From Candidatus Gottesmanbacteria bacterium GW2011_GWA2_43_14 (GTDB lineage: Bacteria; Patescibacteriota; Microgenomatia; 2-02-FULL-39-11), in assembly GCA_000999095.1 (NCBI GenBank), contig LCFP01000004.1, forward strand, positions 80,930 to 144,929: a stretch of DNA of 64,000 bases, given 5' to 3'. This document shows positions 29,597-39,564 of this stretch, piece after piece. The translations under genes and the position numbers were made by a program. Below the pieces are notes generated by a model. That model searched no databases. It was not told where the DNA came from and saw nothing but the letters and a program-made list of their open reading frames with translations. The stretch's first letter is position 1; each line of letters begins with the position of its first letter.

Positions 29597-30325
29597 ATGA
29601 AAAAGCGCCTGCTGGCTGTTTTTGCCCATCCTGATGATGAAGCCTTTGGTCCGGGCGGAACATTGACGAAATCAGCCGCCGAAGGAGTCGAAATCCATTT
29701 GCTTTGTGCAACCCGCGGTGAAGGCGGCCAGTTGCATAAAGAAATAACAGAAACGGGTAAGGATGTAAAAATCCATCATCTCAGGGAAAGAGAACTTTTA
29801 AAATCAGCCGGCATTTTAGGCATAAAAAAAGTAGAGTTTTTGGACTTTTTGGACGGTCATTTATGCAATGCGAATTATCATGATTTGGCCGGGAAAATAA
29901 TTTCTAAAATAAGGTCATTTAAACCGCATGTCATATTGACAACTGACAGGACCGGAGTATCGGGACATCTGGACCATATTGCCGTTTCCATGGTAACGAC
30001 TTTCTCTTATTTGAAAACGACCGAAGCCAATAAATTATATTATTATTGCCTGTCAAAAAAACAAAGGAGGCCGGAAGGCGATGATTATTTTGTTTACTTT
30101 CCCGAGGGCTATTCCGAAGATCAAATTACCACCAGAATTGATTACCAAAAGTTTTTTGAGGCTAAAACTGCAGCCATGTTTCAGCATAAGAGCCAATTGT
30201 CTGATGTTACGGCCATTCATTCATTTATAAAAAATAAGCCGAAAATTGAAAATTTTATCCTGCAATACTACAGGAACATAAAAGTAAGATTTCCGGAGAC
30301 GAATCTTTTCGGGGGAATAGAATAA
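29597..30325 (+). CDS. PIG-L/LmbE-family N-acetylglucosaminyl deacetylase
   Basis: AHPDDEAFGPGG zinc-binding motif and HxDH. Confidence 0.8.
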   Translation: MKKRLLAVFAHPDDEAFGPGGTLTKSAAEGVEIHLLCATRGEGGQLHKEITETGKDVKIHHLRERELLKSAGILGIKKVEFLDFLDGHLCNANYHDLAGKIISKIRSFKPHVILTTDRTGVSGHLDHIAVSMVTTFSYLKTTEANKLYYYCLSKKQRRPEGDDYFVYFPEGYSEDQITTRIDYQKFFEAKTAAMFQHKSQLSDVTAIHSFIKNKPKIENFILQYYRNIKVRFPETNLFGGIE

Positions 30326-30389
30326 AGCTTCTATTGACCTGGTAAAAATACGGATGCTATGCTTAATAGAGGATCGGAGGTGATATTTT

Positions 30390-30734
30390 ATGGCGGAGAA
30401 AACCGCAAATAACGAAAAAATGATGGGTGCACTTGCTTATCTTCTCGGACCGGTTACCGGAATAATTTTACTGATAACGGAAAAGAATAACCAGTTTGTC
30501 AGATTTCATGCCATGCAGTCGACGATGATTTTCGGTGCCATATTACTGTTTAATATGGTTTTAGGTATTGTTCCGGTATTGGGATGGATCATCGCCCTGA
30601 TTCTTTCACCTTTGGTTGCCTTGGTTTCATTTATTCTTTGGCTGGTTCTGATGTGGAAAGCCTACAACGGTGAAAAGTACAAATTACCTTACGTCGGGGA
30701 TTTAGCCGAAAAACAATTGGCCAAGATGAAGTAA
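30390..30734 (+). CDS. DUF4870-like small membrane protein
   Basis: GALAYLLGPVTGIILLI...FVRFHAMQS motif typical of DUF4870. 3 TM segments. Confidence 0.5.
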   Translation: MAEKTANNEKMMGALAYLLGPVTGIILLITEKNNQFVRFHAMQSTMIFGAILLFNMVLGIVPVLGWIIALILSPLVALVSFILWLVLMWKAYNGEKYKLPYVGDLAEKQLAKMK

Positions 30735-30747
30735 TTTATAACCCCTA

Positions 30748-31389
30748 ATGTTTAAGGACAGGAAAGAAGCCGGTCGACAACTGGCGGAAAAGTTAAAAGA
30801 CTTCCGGGACAGTAGTGAAACCGTCATTGTGGCCCTGCCAAGAGGCGGGGTCATTGTCGGTAAGGAGGTTGCTCAAGTTCTTCGGCTCCCTTTGACAGCA
30901 TTGCCGGTAAAAAAATTAAGAGCTCCGGCCAATTCTGAGTTGGCCATCGGTGCAATCTCTATAAACAAGGTAAAATACCTGAATTTTGAATTGATTAAAG
31001 CATTGTCTGTGTCCGACGATTTCCTGTCATCCGAAATTTCGGAAAAAGAAAAGCAAGTAGGGGAGCAGGCTTTGATTTTCCGGACTGATATTGACTATCT
31101 GACCAGCTTCCGCTATTACATTATTATCGATGACGGGATAGCCACAGGATCTACAGTCTTGGCTGCCGTCAAACTGCTCAGGAATGGTTTAAAGGACAAG
31201 AAAAAAATAATAGTAGCCGTCCCGGTAATCGCCCGGGATATATTTGAGGTTTTACAAAATGAAGTTGACCGGTTGGAGACAATGGTAGTTTCTTCTGATT
31301 TTAAAGCCGTTGGCCAGTTTTACCGGAATTTTAAGCAGGTATCAGACAAAGAGGTTATTCACAGTTTAAGAAAAGGAGAAGAAAATTAA
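30748..31389 (+). CDS. phosphoribosyltransferase-domain protein (COG1926-like)
   Basis: PRTase type I fold with a PRPP-binding loop (YIIIDDGIATGST). Confidence 0.7.
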   Translation: MFKDRKEAGRQLAEKLKDFRDSSETVIVALPRGGVIVGKEVAQVLRLPLTALPVKKLRAPANSELAIGAISINKVKYLNFELIKALSVSDDFLSSEISEKEKQVGEQALIFRTDIDYLTSFRYYIIIDDGIATGSTVLAAVKLLRNGLKDKKKIIVAVPVIARDIFEVLQNEVDRLETMVVSSDFKAVGQFYRNFKQVSDKEVIHSLRKGEEN

Positions 31390-31991
31390 TGAAAATGATC
31401 GTCGGCTTGGGGAATCCTGAAGAAAAATACCTTTATAACAGGCATAATATCGGATATATGGTGGTGGAGAAGCTGGCTAAAGTGTTGTTGCCGGTTGACA
31501 GCAGTGAAAAAGAGTGGATTGGTGAAAAAAAATTCACAGCACAGTTATGCCGGGTGAACAAGTCATTAATTCTGGTAAAACCTCATACCTACATGAACAG
31601 ATCGGGTATAGCGGTTTCCGCTTTAGCCCGATTCTACAAGATAGAAGAATCTGATTTGTGGGTAATCCATGACGATATAGATTTGCCTTTGGGAAAAATA
31701 AGAATTAGAAAGGGAGGCAGCTCCGGAGGGCACAACGGAGTCGAGTCCATTATTCAGCATTTTCAATCTGCAGATTTTATCCGCTTCAGGTTAGGTATTG
31801 GGCGGGGCAAATTGGATGCAAAAAAAACTACGGATATTAATCTCTCGCGCCAGGGTATTGAAAAATTTGTTTTGTCAACTTTTAAAGACAGCGAAGCGGG
31901 TGAAGCCAAAAAGATGATTAAAAACGCCGTTAAAGCGGTAATTTTAACACTGGATAAAGGGCTCGAAAAAGCGATGAATAGGTTTAACTGA
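31389..31991 (+). CDS. pth: peptidyl-tRNA hydrolase
   Basis: MKMIVGLGNPEEKYLYNRHNIGY, which is the Pth N-terminal signature. Confidence 0.85.
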   Translation: MKMIVGLGNPEEKYLYNRHNIGYMVVEKLAKVLLPVDSSEKEWIGEKKFTAQLCRVNKSLILVKPHTYMNRSGIAVSALARFYKIEESDLWVIHDDIDLPLGKIRIRKGGSSGGHNGVESIIQHFQSADFIRFRLGIGRGKLDAKKTTDINLSRQGIEKFVLSTFKDSEAGEAKKMIKNAVKAVILTLDKGLEKAMNRFN

Positions 31992-32643
31992 AAGCGGGTA
32001 AAGCCACAGCCTTTTTGGCTTTGAGGAAATTAAAGACTTTTACTAAAGCAAAATAGGATAAAGTAATCCCGCCGGCCATAAGGGTCCTTTCAATCAGAGT
32101 TTGGGGAATAAGAGCCAGCCACATTTCTTTTGACAGACCGAAAGCCCAAACCCAGAGAGCCCCTCCGACTGCATGAGCGGAAAAGGTTGCTCCCAAGCTT
32201 CTGATAAACAAATTTTTCCTGAAATAATGGGCCATAACTGGAATAAGCCATAAAAGAGAATACTGCCAGGCGCTTCTGCCGATCGGATGGAGATTAAAAA
32301 TAAGCATAGAGAGAAGGGGTATCAATAAATTCACGGACCTTTTTTGGGAAAAGTAATAAACGGCAAAGAGAACCGGGAAAAGTCTGATAACTGAAGACAG
32401 GCCGGTTAAGGAATCGGGATGGATAAAGAAATTTACCAGTTGAATCAAAAGAACCGTAAAGATACCCGGCAAAGTTGTTAAAAATACTCCGGCAGTAGGA
32501 GCCAGGAAATCATATAAAGTGAATTGCACATTGCCCCCGAGAAGTCTGGTAAAAGGAATCTGAAGAGCTATAAGGCCAATCAGGAAAAAAAGAATTATGA
32601 AAGACAGTTTTGAACCGAGGTTTTTCATCATTGAAATTTTCAT
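31984..32643 (-). CDS. hypothetical polytopic membrane protein (possibly an ECF-transporter S-component-like substrate carrier)
   Basis: 219 aa with 5-6 TM segments. No diagnostic motif. Confidence 0.35.
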   Translation of the reverse strand: MKISMMKNLGSKLSFIILFFLIGLIALQIPFTRLLGGNVQFTLYDFLAPTAGVFLTTLPGIFTVLLIQLVNFFIHPDSLTGLSSVIRLFPVLFAVYYFSQKRSVNLLIPLLSMLIFNLHPIGRSAWQYSLLWLIPVMAHYFRKNLFIRSLGATFSAHAVGGALWVWAFGLSKEMWLALIPQTLIERTLMAGGITLSYFALVKVFNFLKAKKAVALPAFS

Positions 32644-32668
32644 TATTTTAACATTTCAAAACATCCTG

Positions 32669-33400
32669 TCAACTGCTAAAGCCCGGCCGCCAGCCTCCAC
32701 TGATTTCCAGATTGGCACCATTGATATAGGCCGATTCCGTTGACAATAAAAAGTGAACTGCCGCGGAAATATCTTCAAATTGAGCAAATTTACCTGTGGG
32801 GGTCTTGGGTTTGGCGAAGCTGGTTTTCAGGATTCCCGGGGATATGGAATTGACTGTAATGCCGTACTTGGCGTATTCGAAGGCCATTACTTTGGTAAGC
32901 ATAATAACTGCTGTTTTGGCCATATAATACGGGGTGGTATTCTTTCGAATAGTTATGGTGTCTGCGGCGACTGCTCCGAAATTGATAATCCGTCCCCATT
33001 TTTTCTTTTTCATTTCCGGCAAAGCCTGTTGAGAACAGAGAAAAGTCGCATAGAGATTGGATTCAATAACATCTTTGAATTTGGCAAATGAAGTTTCGGC
33101 AATCGGCTGATAAATAAAATTGCCGATCAGGTTTATAAGTATCTCCACCGTGCCCAGCTTCTTTTCGATATGTTTAAACATAGTGTTTACTTCGGCAGGC
33201 TCAGTCAGGTCTGCCCGGAACATTTCTCCCGAGGAATATTTCTTGACCTGTGATATGGTTGCGGTTGCTTCGGTCAAGCTATCCCTGAAATGGACGGCGA
33301 TTTTAGCTCCTTTTTCCGCCATGGACAAAGCCAAATGGCGGCCTAAATTTTTTCCGCTGCCCGTGACTAATACTGTTTTACCTCTCAATTCATTTTTCAT
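32669..33400 (-). CDS. SDR-family oxidoreductase
   Basis: Rossmann motif TGSGKNLG and catalytic YxxxK (YYMAK). Confidence 0.8.
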   Translation of the reverse strand: MKNELRGKTVLVTGSGKNLGRHLALSMAEKGAKIAVHFRDSLTEATATISQVKKYSSGEMFRADLTEPAEVNTMFKHIEKKLGTVEILINLIGNFIYQPIAETSFAKFKDVIESNLYATFLCSQQALPEMKKKKWGRIINFGAVAADTITIRKNTTPYYMAKTAVIMLTKVMAFEYAKYGITVNSISPGILKTSFAKPKTPTGKFAQFEDISAAVHFLLSTESAYINGANLEISGGWRPGFSS

Positions 33401-33416
33401 ATATAATCTGTGGGCA

Positions 33417-34742
33417 ATGATAAGGACATTTCAGGAAGCAGTCAAGTTCCTGGAGCGTTATATACCTCCGGCTGATAAAAAGCACCCGGGCGTCCTGGGA
33501 CTTGAAAGAATGAGGGAACTGACCGGCAGGCTGGGCAATCCGCAATTAAAATACAGGACGATCCATGTGGGTGGCACATCAGGAAAAGGATCAACAGCCA
33601 CCATGATTGCTTCAATTTTAGGAACAAAATACAAAACCGGTCTTTACACTTCGCCTCATCTGGTAAGGATAAACGAAAGGTTCACCGTCATTGAGCCGTT
33701 AAACTCAGTTCAAAGGGAAATCTCAGACGGTGTTTTCACCCGTTTAATTAATAAGATTAAACCACATGTTGAAGCGATGGGGGAAACAGATTTGGGATCA
33801 CCCAGTTATTTTGAAATCGTCTCGGCTCTGGCTTTTCTCCATTTCTACAAAGAAAAAGCAGAGGCAGCCGTGATAGAAGTGGGTTTAGGAGGACTGTATG
33901 ATGCTTCAAACGTCGTCCAACCGGAAATCGCCGTCATAACCAATGTGGGACTTGATCATACCGAAATTCTGGGGGAGACCCTCGAGGAAATAGCCGCTGA
34001 TAAAGCCGGTATTATAAAAAAAGGTATGAAAGTGATTTCAGGCACTGATATTTCTTCGGTTAAAGCAATTTTCAAAAACAAGTCTGATCAAAACAATGTC
34101 CCATTATTTTTGGCCGGGCTCAATTTCAGAACAGATATAAAAAGAGTATCAATCTCAGGCAGCCGCTTCGATTTTCATAACTTCCAATATTACCGGAATC
34201 TGCATCTTGGCATGTTAGGCCGGCACCAGGTGGCAAATGCGGCATTGGCTGTTAAAGCTTGCGAAGAATTCGGGGGTATCGGGGTAAAAGAGATAAAAAG
34301 CGGTTTAAAAACGGTAAAATTTGCCGGCCGGCTGGAAATCATCAGGAAAAAGCCTTTAATTGTTTTGGACGGAGCCCACAATCCCGATAAAATTAAAGCA
34401 CTGGTTGATGCAGTCAGGGAAATCTGGCCCGGAAAAAAAGCCACGACAGTCCTGGCTATAAAAAAAGACAAAAATGCTGCCGGGATGATCCGGCTGCTGT
34501 CTTTGATAACGGAAAAATTTATCCTGACAAATTACCGTGTTATTATGGACCAGGGTGAAATAAGCTCTTATGATCCGGCTGAGTTAGCCCGGTTTATGCA
34601 AAAACACGTTTCCTTTGAAGTCAACCACAATGCATTTTCAGCTTTGGAAAGCGCTCATAAATCAGCCGGTAACAGCGATTTAATTTTGGTTACTGGTTCT
34701 TTATATCTTGTGGGAATAATCCGGAAAAAATTTATTTCATGA
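33417..34742 (+). CDS. folC: folylpolyglutamate synthase/dihydrofolate synthase
   Basis: Mur-ligase-family P-loop (HVGGTSGKGST) and a FolC-like region. The start is placed at the ATG at 33417, after the SDR start on the opposite strand. The longer track ORF (33120) overlaps the SDR gene. Confidence 0.8.
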   Translation: MIRTFQEAVKFLERYIPPADKKHPGVLGLERMRELTGRLGNPQLKYRTIHVGGTSGKGSTATMIASILGTKYKTGLYTSPHLVRINERFTVIEPLNSVQREISDGVFTRLINKIKPHVEAMGETDLGSPSYFEIVSALAFLHFYKEKAEAAVIEVGLGGLYDASNVVQPEIAVITNVGLDHTEILGETLEEIAADKAGIIKKGMKVISGTDISSVKAIFKNKSDQNNVPLFLAGLNFRTDIKRVSISGSRFDFHNFQYYRNLHLGMLGRHQVANAALAVKACEEFGGIGVKEIKSGLKTVKFAGRLEIIRKKPLIVLDGAHNPDKIKALVDAVREIWPGKKATTVLAIKKDKNAAGMIRLLSLITEKFILTNYRVIMDQGEISSYDPAELARFMQKHVSFEVNHNAFSALESAHKSAGNSDLILVTGSLYLVGIIRKKFIS

Positions 34743-35074
34743 AAAATACAAAAATCCAGTCCATCGGAGACATCCTGACAAAATTCAATCCGCTTGAAGA
34801 TAAATTTATTTCCCGGGAATTCCAGTCATTCGGTTACCATATAGCGGAAACTTTAAATGACATCAAACATAAATCGCTCTATATAAAACTGGCCAGGGAT
34901 ATTCCGCGGCCATTTCTCGAAAAAGCACTGAGTTTTTGCGCTGATGCCAAAGTAAAAAACAAAGGCGCTTTGTTTATGTGGAAACTGAAAGAAATTGGAG
35001 CATGGCAAAATAAAAAATCCGCGAAAAAAAAATTGATTGAAAATAAGCAAAATTCAAAAGATATACCCTTTTAA
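34739..35074 (+). CDS. hypothetical protein
   Basis: 111-aa ORF coupled to folC by a 4-bp overlap. Basic C-terminus. Confidence 0.35.
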   Translation: MKNTKIQSIGDILTKFNPLEDKFISREFQSFGYHIAETLNDIKHKSLYIKLARDIPRPFLEKALSFCADAKVKNKGALFMWKLKEIGAWQNKKSAKKKLIENKQNSKDIPF

Positions 35075-35112
35075 AATTACCCGGCTTTTTATAATTTATC
35101 CATGCTATCATT

Positions 35113-35691
35113 ATGAATATGGCCGATCATAAGGCTAAAAAGAATAACTGGCAGAAAATCGGTGAGGGGAAGAGTTTCCGTATTGCAGTTTTTGTAATCA
35201 GCTTATTGCTGCTTTATCTCCTCTGGATCAACCGGGATGATCTGAAAGACGTAGAAAGCTGGGGTTTTTTAGGCATCTTCGTCATCAATTTCATTTCCAA
35301 CGCCACCATAATTCTGCCTGCGCCGGGTACTGCCTCAGTTTTTGTAGGGGGAGCTATTTGGAATCCGCTGGCAGTGGGATTGTTATCAGGTATCGGAGCG
35401 GCCTTCGGAGAGCTTTTCGCTTATTTTCTGGGATTTGGAGGCCGGGGTGTATTACGATTCGTTGAAAAAGGGGGAAAGTGGGTAAAAACTTTGGAAGGAT
35501 TTTTTCACCGTGCCGGTTTTATAACAACATTTGTCTATGCCTTGATCCCTCTGCCTTTTTTCGATGTTTTGGGTATTATTGCCGGAGCGGTTAACTATCC
35601 GGTCTGGAAGTTTTTTCTGGCGGTTCTTCTGGGAAGAATAATCAGAAATGTCATTATTGCACTATCCGGGGCCAAGTTCCTGACTGATTAA
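35113..35691 (+). CDS. YqaA/DedA-like (VTT-domain) membrane protein
   Basis: NATIILPAPGTA...GRGV...LIPLPF layout typical of the VTT/SNARE-associated family. Confidence 0.5.
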   Translation: MNMADHKAKKNNWQKIGEGKSFRIAVFVISLLLLYLLWINRDDLKDVESWGFLGIFVINFISNATIILPAPGTASVFVGGAIWNPLAVGLLSGIGAAFGELFAYFLGFGGRGVLRFVEKGGKWVKTLEGFFHRAGFITTFVYALIPLPFFDVLGIIAGAVNYPVWKFFLAVLLGRIIRNVIIALSGAKFLTD

Positions 35692-35699
35692 TTATTAAA

Positions 35700-36677
35700 T
35701 CAGAGAAAAATGATGATCTGTGCTACCAGAATGGCCAGATAACTGGAGAAAAGAATAAAACCTTCTTTCCGCGAAATACCCCTGCCTGAGATCATATAAA
35801 TAAATAATAAAAAGCTAATCCAGACAACAACGGGAATATCAAAGGTCAGCCAGTTGGATTGCATTTCAATCGGAGAAATCATGGCTATAATGCCAGTTGT
35901 TACGAGGAGAGTAAAGACGTTTGAACCGATAGTCTCTGAAACCGCCACCTCCGTCAAACCCTTTTTAGTGGCTTTATAAGCGGCCGCGATATTGGGTATG
36001 GAGGGAACAAACGCTCCGATAGTCATGCCGACGAATAGGGGGTCAAGTGAAAACAGGTTGACCAGGGAAATCAGCTGCCCTGAAAAAAGATAAGTTCCGA
36101 TAAGAAGTATTACCAGTCCAAGGGAAAAAGACAGCCAACCTGCCTTTATGTGGCCGAAATCCAAACCGATCAGTTGTAACTCGATTTCTATATCCCGTTT
36201 GAGCGCTTCCTCGTTATATTCCGTATGTTTTTCCTGCAAGAAGACATTGGTCAGGTATGGAATAAAAAGAAGAAGCAGGGCAAAGCCGTGAAGCCTGGTT
36301 ATTGTGCCGCCTGAAGAAATGGCAAAAATAAGAATGGGAACGACAATTGAAAATATACCGTCTCTAAGAACCATATTTTTGGAAACAGTCAGCGGTCTGA
36401 TCATGGCCGGCAATCCGACCATAAGTCCTATATTGCAGATAATCGATCCGAAGATAACTCCCAGGCTGATCTGTACATATCCCCGGAGGCCTGCGTCTAC
36501 TGCTACCAGGATTTCCGGCAGGCTGACGACCATTGAAACCAAAATGATGGCAATAGAGATATTTGAAGTCTTAAGTTTGGCTGCAATCGGAGCCAATGAG
36601 TCAGTAAGCCAATCAGCACCTTTAGATATTAGGAGAATGCTGGTTATAATGGAGATAGAAAGCAGGATTAAAGCCAT
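35700..36677 (-). CDS. CaCA-family Na+/Ca2+ (cation) antiporter (YrbG-like)
   Basis: Two alpha-repeat regions (GLMVGLPAMIRP... / GSNVFTLLVTTGIIAM). Confidence 0.75.
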   Translation of the reverse strand: MALILLSISIITSILLISKGADWLTDSLAPIAAKLKTSNISIAIILVSMVVSLPEILVAVDAGLRGYVQISLGVIFGSIICNIGLMVGLPAMIRPLTVSKNMVLRDGIFSIVVPILIFAISSGGTITRLHGFALLLLFIPYLTNVFLQEKHTEYNEEALKRDIEIELQLIGLDFGHIKAGWLSFSLGLVILLIGTYLFSGQLISLVNLFSLDPLFVGMTIGAFVPSIPNIAAAYKATKKGLTEVAVSETIGSNVFTLLVTTGIIAMISPIEMQSNWLTFDIPVVVWISFLLFIYMISGRGISRKEGFILFSSYLAILVAQIIIFL

Positions 36678-36698
36678 TTACGGTATATAAAATATATC

Positions 36699-36977
36699 AT
36701 GAAAAGAGTACGCGCTCATGTGTTCATTTCCGGTGATGTCACCGGTGTCGGCTACAGAGCCTGGACGGTGCGCGAGGCGACCAGACTGGAGCTTAAAGGC
36801 TGGGTCAGGAATGCCGACCGGAATCTGGTTGAGCTTGTTTGTGAAGGTGCGGAGGATATTGTTAATAAGTATATAGATATCTGCAAAAACGGGCCGGAGA
36901 CAAGCCTGGTGGCGGATATCGAAGTAAAATGGGAAAAGACGGGTGACGACCTGGCCGGGTTTGAAATCAGGTATTGA
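36699..36977 (+). CDS. acyP: acylphosphatase
   Basis: VFISGDVTGVGYRAWT...GWVRN is the acylphosphatase signature. Confidence 0.8.
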   Translation: MKRVRAHVFISGDVTGVGYRAWTVREATRLELKGWVRNADRNLVELVCEGAEDIVNKYIDICKNGPETSLVADIEVKWEKTGDDLAGFEIRY

Positions 36978-36996
36978 AAAAGATTAGAATTAAATT

Positions 36997-37644
36997 ATGA
37001 AGCGTCAGGTGTTTATAGTTTGGTTTTTCATTTTTATTGTTTGGGCTTTTTACCGGGCTAAATTTATTCTGCCTGAAAGCGTGGACGAGTTTATCGTAAA
37101 ACCGTTAATTTTTTTGGTACCGCCTCTTTTTCTTGTCTGGGTCTGGGAAAACAAAAAACTTAAAGAACTGGGTATAAGTTTTGATGTCAAAAGCTTTCTG
37201 ACGGATGTATATATCGGTGTTGTATTAGGAATAATTCTGGCTGTTGAAGGCCTTATGGCCAATTATCTTAAATATCAAAAATTTTCCTTTGAACCGGTTG
37301 CGGCCGTGTTATTAGCCGGTGGTATAGGTTCATTTCTGCTGATTAATTTGGCCACCGCTTTTTCCGAGGAAGTATTGGGGCGTGGCTTTCTGTTCGGACG
37401 CTTGTATAAAGTGACCGGTAAGCAATTTCCGTCTGCCATAACCGCCAGTTTTCTGTTCATGCTGCTTCATCTTCCGGTAATGTTTACGAGGCTGCATCTG
37501 ACGGGAACAGCTTTACTTTTTTATCCCGCGTCGATTTTTTTGATGGGAGTTACCAACAGTTATCTTTACACATTCCGCCGAAACCTGGTTCTGCCGATCC
37601 TATTACATGCTTTCTGGAATATGACGGTCTCTCTTTATTTGTAA
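36997..37644 (+). CDS. CPBP-family intramembrane metalloprotease (CAAX protease-like)
   Basis: EExxxR motif (SEEVLGRGFLFGRL), a second Glu/His region and a C-terminal HAFWN motif. Confidence 0.7.
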   Translation: MKRQVFIVWFFIFIVWAFYRAKFILPESVDEFIVKPLIFLVPPLFLVWVWENKKLKELGISFDVKSFLTDVYIGVVLGIILAVEGLMANYLKYQKFSFEPVAAVLLAGGIGSFLLINLATAFSEEVLGRGFLFGRLYKVTGKQFPSAITASFLFMLLHLPVMFTRLHLTGTALLFYPASIFLMGVTNSYLYTFRRNLVLPILLHAFWNMTVSLYL

Positions 37645-37651
37645 AACCGTT

Positions 37652-37870
37652 TTACGTATTGAGGTTGGCAGTATAACCGGCCTTTTTGATGATTTCTTCG
37701 ATTTTCTTCTCGTCCAGCACTTCCGGATCAAATTCTACTTCCGTTAGGGCTTTGGCATAATTGGTTCTGGCTGATTTGATACCATGGTTATCTTCAAGCT
37801 CAAAATCAATGTTTATGGCGCAGGCAGTGCAATGCATATCCAGTATTTTCCAGACGGTTTTTTTAGTCAT
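37652..37870 (-). CDS. heavy-metal-associated (HMA) domain metallochaperone, CopZ-like
   Basis: MxCxxC motif (DMHCTACAINI). Confidence 0.75.
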   Translation of the reverse strand: MTKKTVWKILDMHCTACAINIDFELEDNHGIKSARTNYAKALTEVEFDPEVLDEKKIEEIIKKAGYTANLNT

Positions 37871-37874
37871 AATG

Positions 37875-38900
37875 CTAAATCACTTTGATGACTCCGTTAT
37901 ACATACCCATACTGCAGGAGAAAGTCAGGTCCTGGGGAATTTCCGGAGCAGTGAAAGACAAGCTTGTTTTACTACCCGTTCTGACGACTTTTTGGATATT
38001 TAATTTGGGGATAACGAAAGCCTGGATGCAGCCTTCTCCGTCATTATTAATAAGATTCAGTTTTACCTCGGACCCTTTTGCCACCGTAATATTTTCAGGT
38101 GAATACCCGCGTGAATTAAAGTAAATAGTGGCTTCCGAAACAGGCGTGGCAGCCTTGGCCAAAACCTGGCCGGAACAATTGCTTAAAACCGTACAGTTAA
38201 AATCTTTCCATAAATTATTAAGGGTGAAGTTGGAGCCCGACAAAACCGCGGCCGCATTAATGTTAAAAACAGCCAAAAAGATAATGGCAAAAGCGGCTAT
38301 TTTGCCAAACGAGGTTTGGAACAGGGAACTTAATTTGGTGGTTAATAAACCTAAAATAAAAAAGACGGGCGCAGTACCAAGAGTAAAAGCAAACATAATT
38401 ATGGCAGAATAAGCAGGGTTGGCTGAAACCAGTGCTAAAGCCATCATTGCCTGAGTGGTGCCGCAGGGGATAAAAATTGTCAAAGCACCCAAAAAAGCAG
38501 GTGCAAATAAATCACCGCTTCTCGATTGCCGGCGGATGATCCTCAACAGGAAGCGGGGAGGCTGGATAATGAAATAACGGAAAATGGGGTGAACATTCAA
38601 TAAATTAAGTGCAGTGCCGATCATAAAGATCCCGACGGCTATTTGCAGAAAGACTTGGGTTGAGACTGACAACCGGAAGAAAGAGCCGAAAATTCCCAGC
38701 AACGCACCCAAGACAGTATAGGCGATGATTTTGGCTATCAGGAAAGCTAATATCGGCCAAGCCCGTCCTTTGGTGGCGATACCTCTCAGTCTGTCTTCTT
38801 CATTCTGTACAAGTGTGGTTGCCAGCAGACCGCCCTGGACGGCCATGCAGGATAAACCGCCAGTAAGAAGCCCTGTTAAAAAAACGGTCCACAAATTCAT
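37875..38900 (-). CDS. membrane protein: DsbD_2/CcdA-like Cys-pair transmembrane domain fused to a C-terminal cupredoxin-like Cys/Met metal-binding domain
   Basis: TM region with conserved GGLSC and IPCG motifs. The extracytoplasmic C-terminal domain has a GEGC...FSCSMGMYNGVIKV motif. It is a paralogue of 45805..47643 but lacks the HMA domain. Confidence 0.55.
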   Translation of the reverse strand: MNLWTVFLTGLLTGGLSCMAVQGGLLATTLVQNEEDRLRGIATKGRAWPILAFLIAKIIAYTVLGALLGIFGSFFRLSVSTQVFLQIAVGIFMIGTALNLLNVHPIFRYFIIQPPRFLLRIIRRQSRSGDLFAPAFLGALTIFIPCGTTQAMMALALVSANPAYSAIIMFAFTLGTAPVFFILGLLTTKLSSLFQTSFGKIAAFAIIFLAVFNINAAAVLSGSNFTLNNLWKDFNCTVLSNCSGQVLAKAATPVSEATIYFNSRGYSPENITVAKGSEVKLNLINNDGEGCIQAFVIPKLNIQKVVRTGSKTSLSFTAPEIPQDLTFSCSMGMYNGVIKVI

Positions 38901-38949
38901 CGGTAACTATCAATTTTAACATTGATGAAGACTGATGCAAATAAAGAGG

Positions 38950-39084
38950 TTATTTCTTTTTATTGATTTCTTTCCAGAAATAAATGATTCCCAGAACCAG
39001 AAAAGTGATTATAAGCAGCCAGGTTACAGCTCCCAAAAAGCCCCAACCTCCCATCATGCCGGAGTAACCCCAATTAGCCATCAT
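38950..39084 (-). CDS. small membrane peptide (44 aa), Met/Gly/Trp-rich N-terminus
   Basis: Not in the ORF track because it is under 60 aa. Strong SD sequence (AGGAGGTG) 7 nt upstream of ATGATG. Sequence MMANWGYSGMMGGWGFLGAVTWLLIITFLVLGIIYFWKEINKKK with one TM helix. It lies between two operon genes. Confidence 0.45.
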   Translation of the reverse strand: MMANWGYSGMMGGWGFLGAVTWLLIITFLVLGIIYFWKEINKKK

Positions 39085-39132
39085 ACAAATCACCTCCTGA
39101 TTCTATTATAAATGAAATCTTTAAAAGTAAAA

Positions 39133-39558
39133 TCAGATTTTGCGTTTAAGTCGGATGAGATAAATTATACTCGCGAGATTGGAAAGAATTGCCAACAGTA
39201 AAATTTCTTTCTGGAATTGGATTAAGAGTGAAGTGAGAAGACTTAAGCCTAACAGCGGCAGGACATCAGTCAGATGATGGGCGCAGCAGGCGATCATACC
39301 CAGAGTCGAAGTTGAAGAATTGCCCACCATCATTTTACGGCTGCCCCCTTTAATTTTATTTTTTAAGCTGACATAAAGCCCGGATTGAATCCCGAAACCG
39401 GCAGAGAGTGAAGTCATGTAAGGCCAAAGTGTCGAAAATTGCCACCAGGCAGTTTCAAAAGAACCTGTCAGAAGTCTCATAAGGAAAAAATAAAAGGTCA
39501 AAAGAAAGGATGAAGCAACAATCCCCATGAAAATGGGGGAGGAGAGAAATTTAGTCAT
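39133..39558 (-). CDS. hypothetical membrane protein with an intramembrane ACCAHH motif
   Basis: 141 aa and 4 TM segments. A vicinal Cys pair followed by His-His (GMIACCAHHLTD). Confidence 0.45.
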   Translation of the reverse strand: MTKFLSSPIFMGIVASSFLLTFYFFLMRLLTGSFETAWWQFSTLWPYMTSLSAGFGIQSGLYVSLKNKIKGGSRKMMVGNSSTSTLGMIACCAHHLTDVLPLLGLSLLTSLLIQFQKEILLLAILSNLASIIYLIRLKRKI

Positions 39559-39564
39559 AGTCTT

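Noticed and set aside
33120-33416. N-terminal 99-codon extension of the FolC ORF
   Set aside because: It overlaps the SDR gene on the opposite strand. The recognisable FolC sequence begins at MIRTFQEAVKF (33417), directly after the SDR start.
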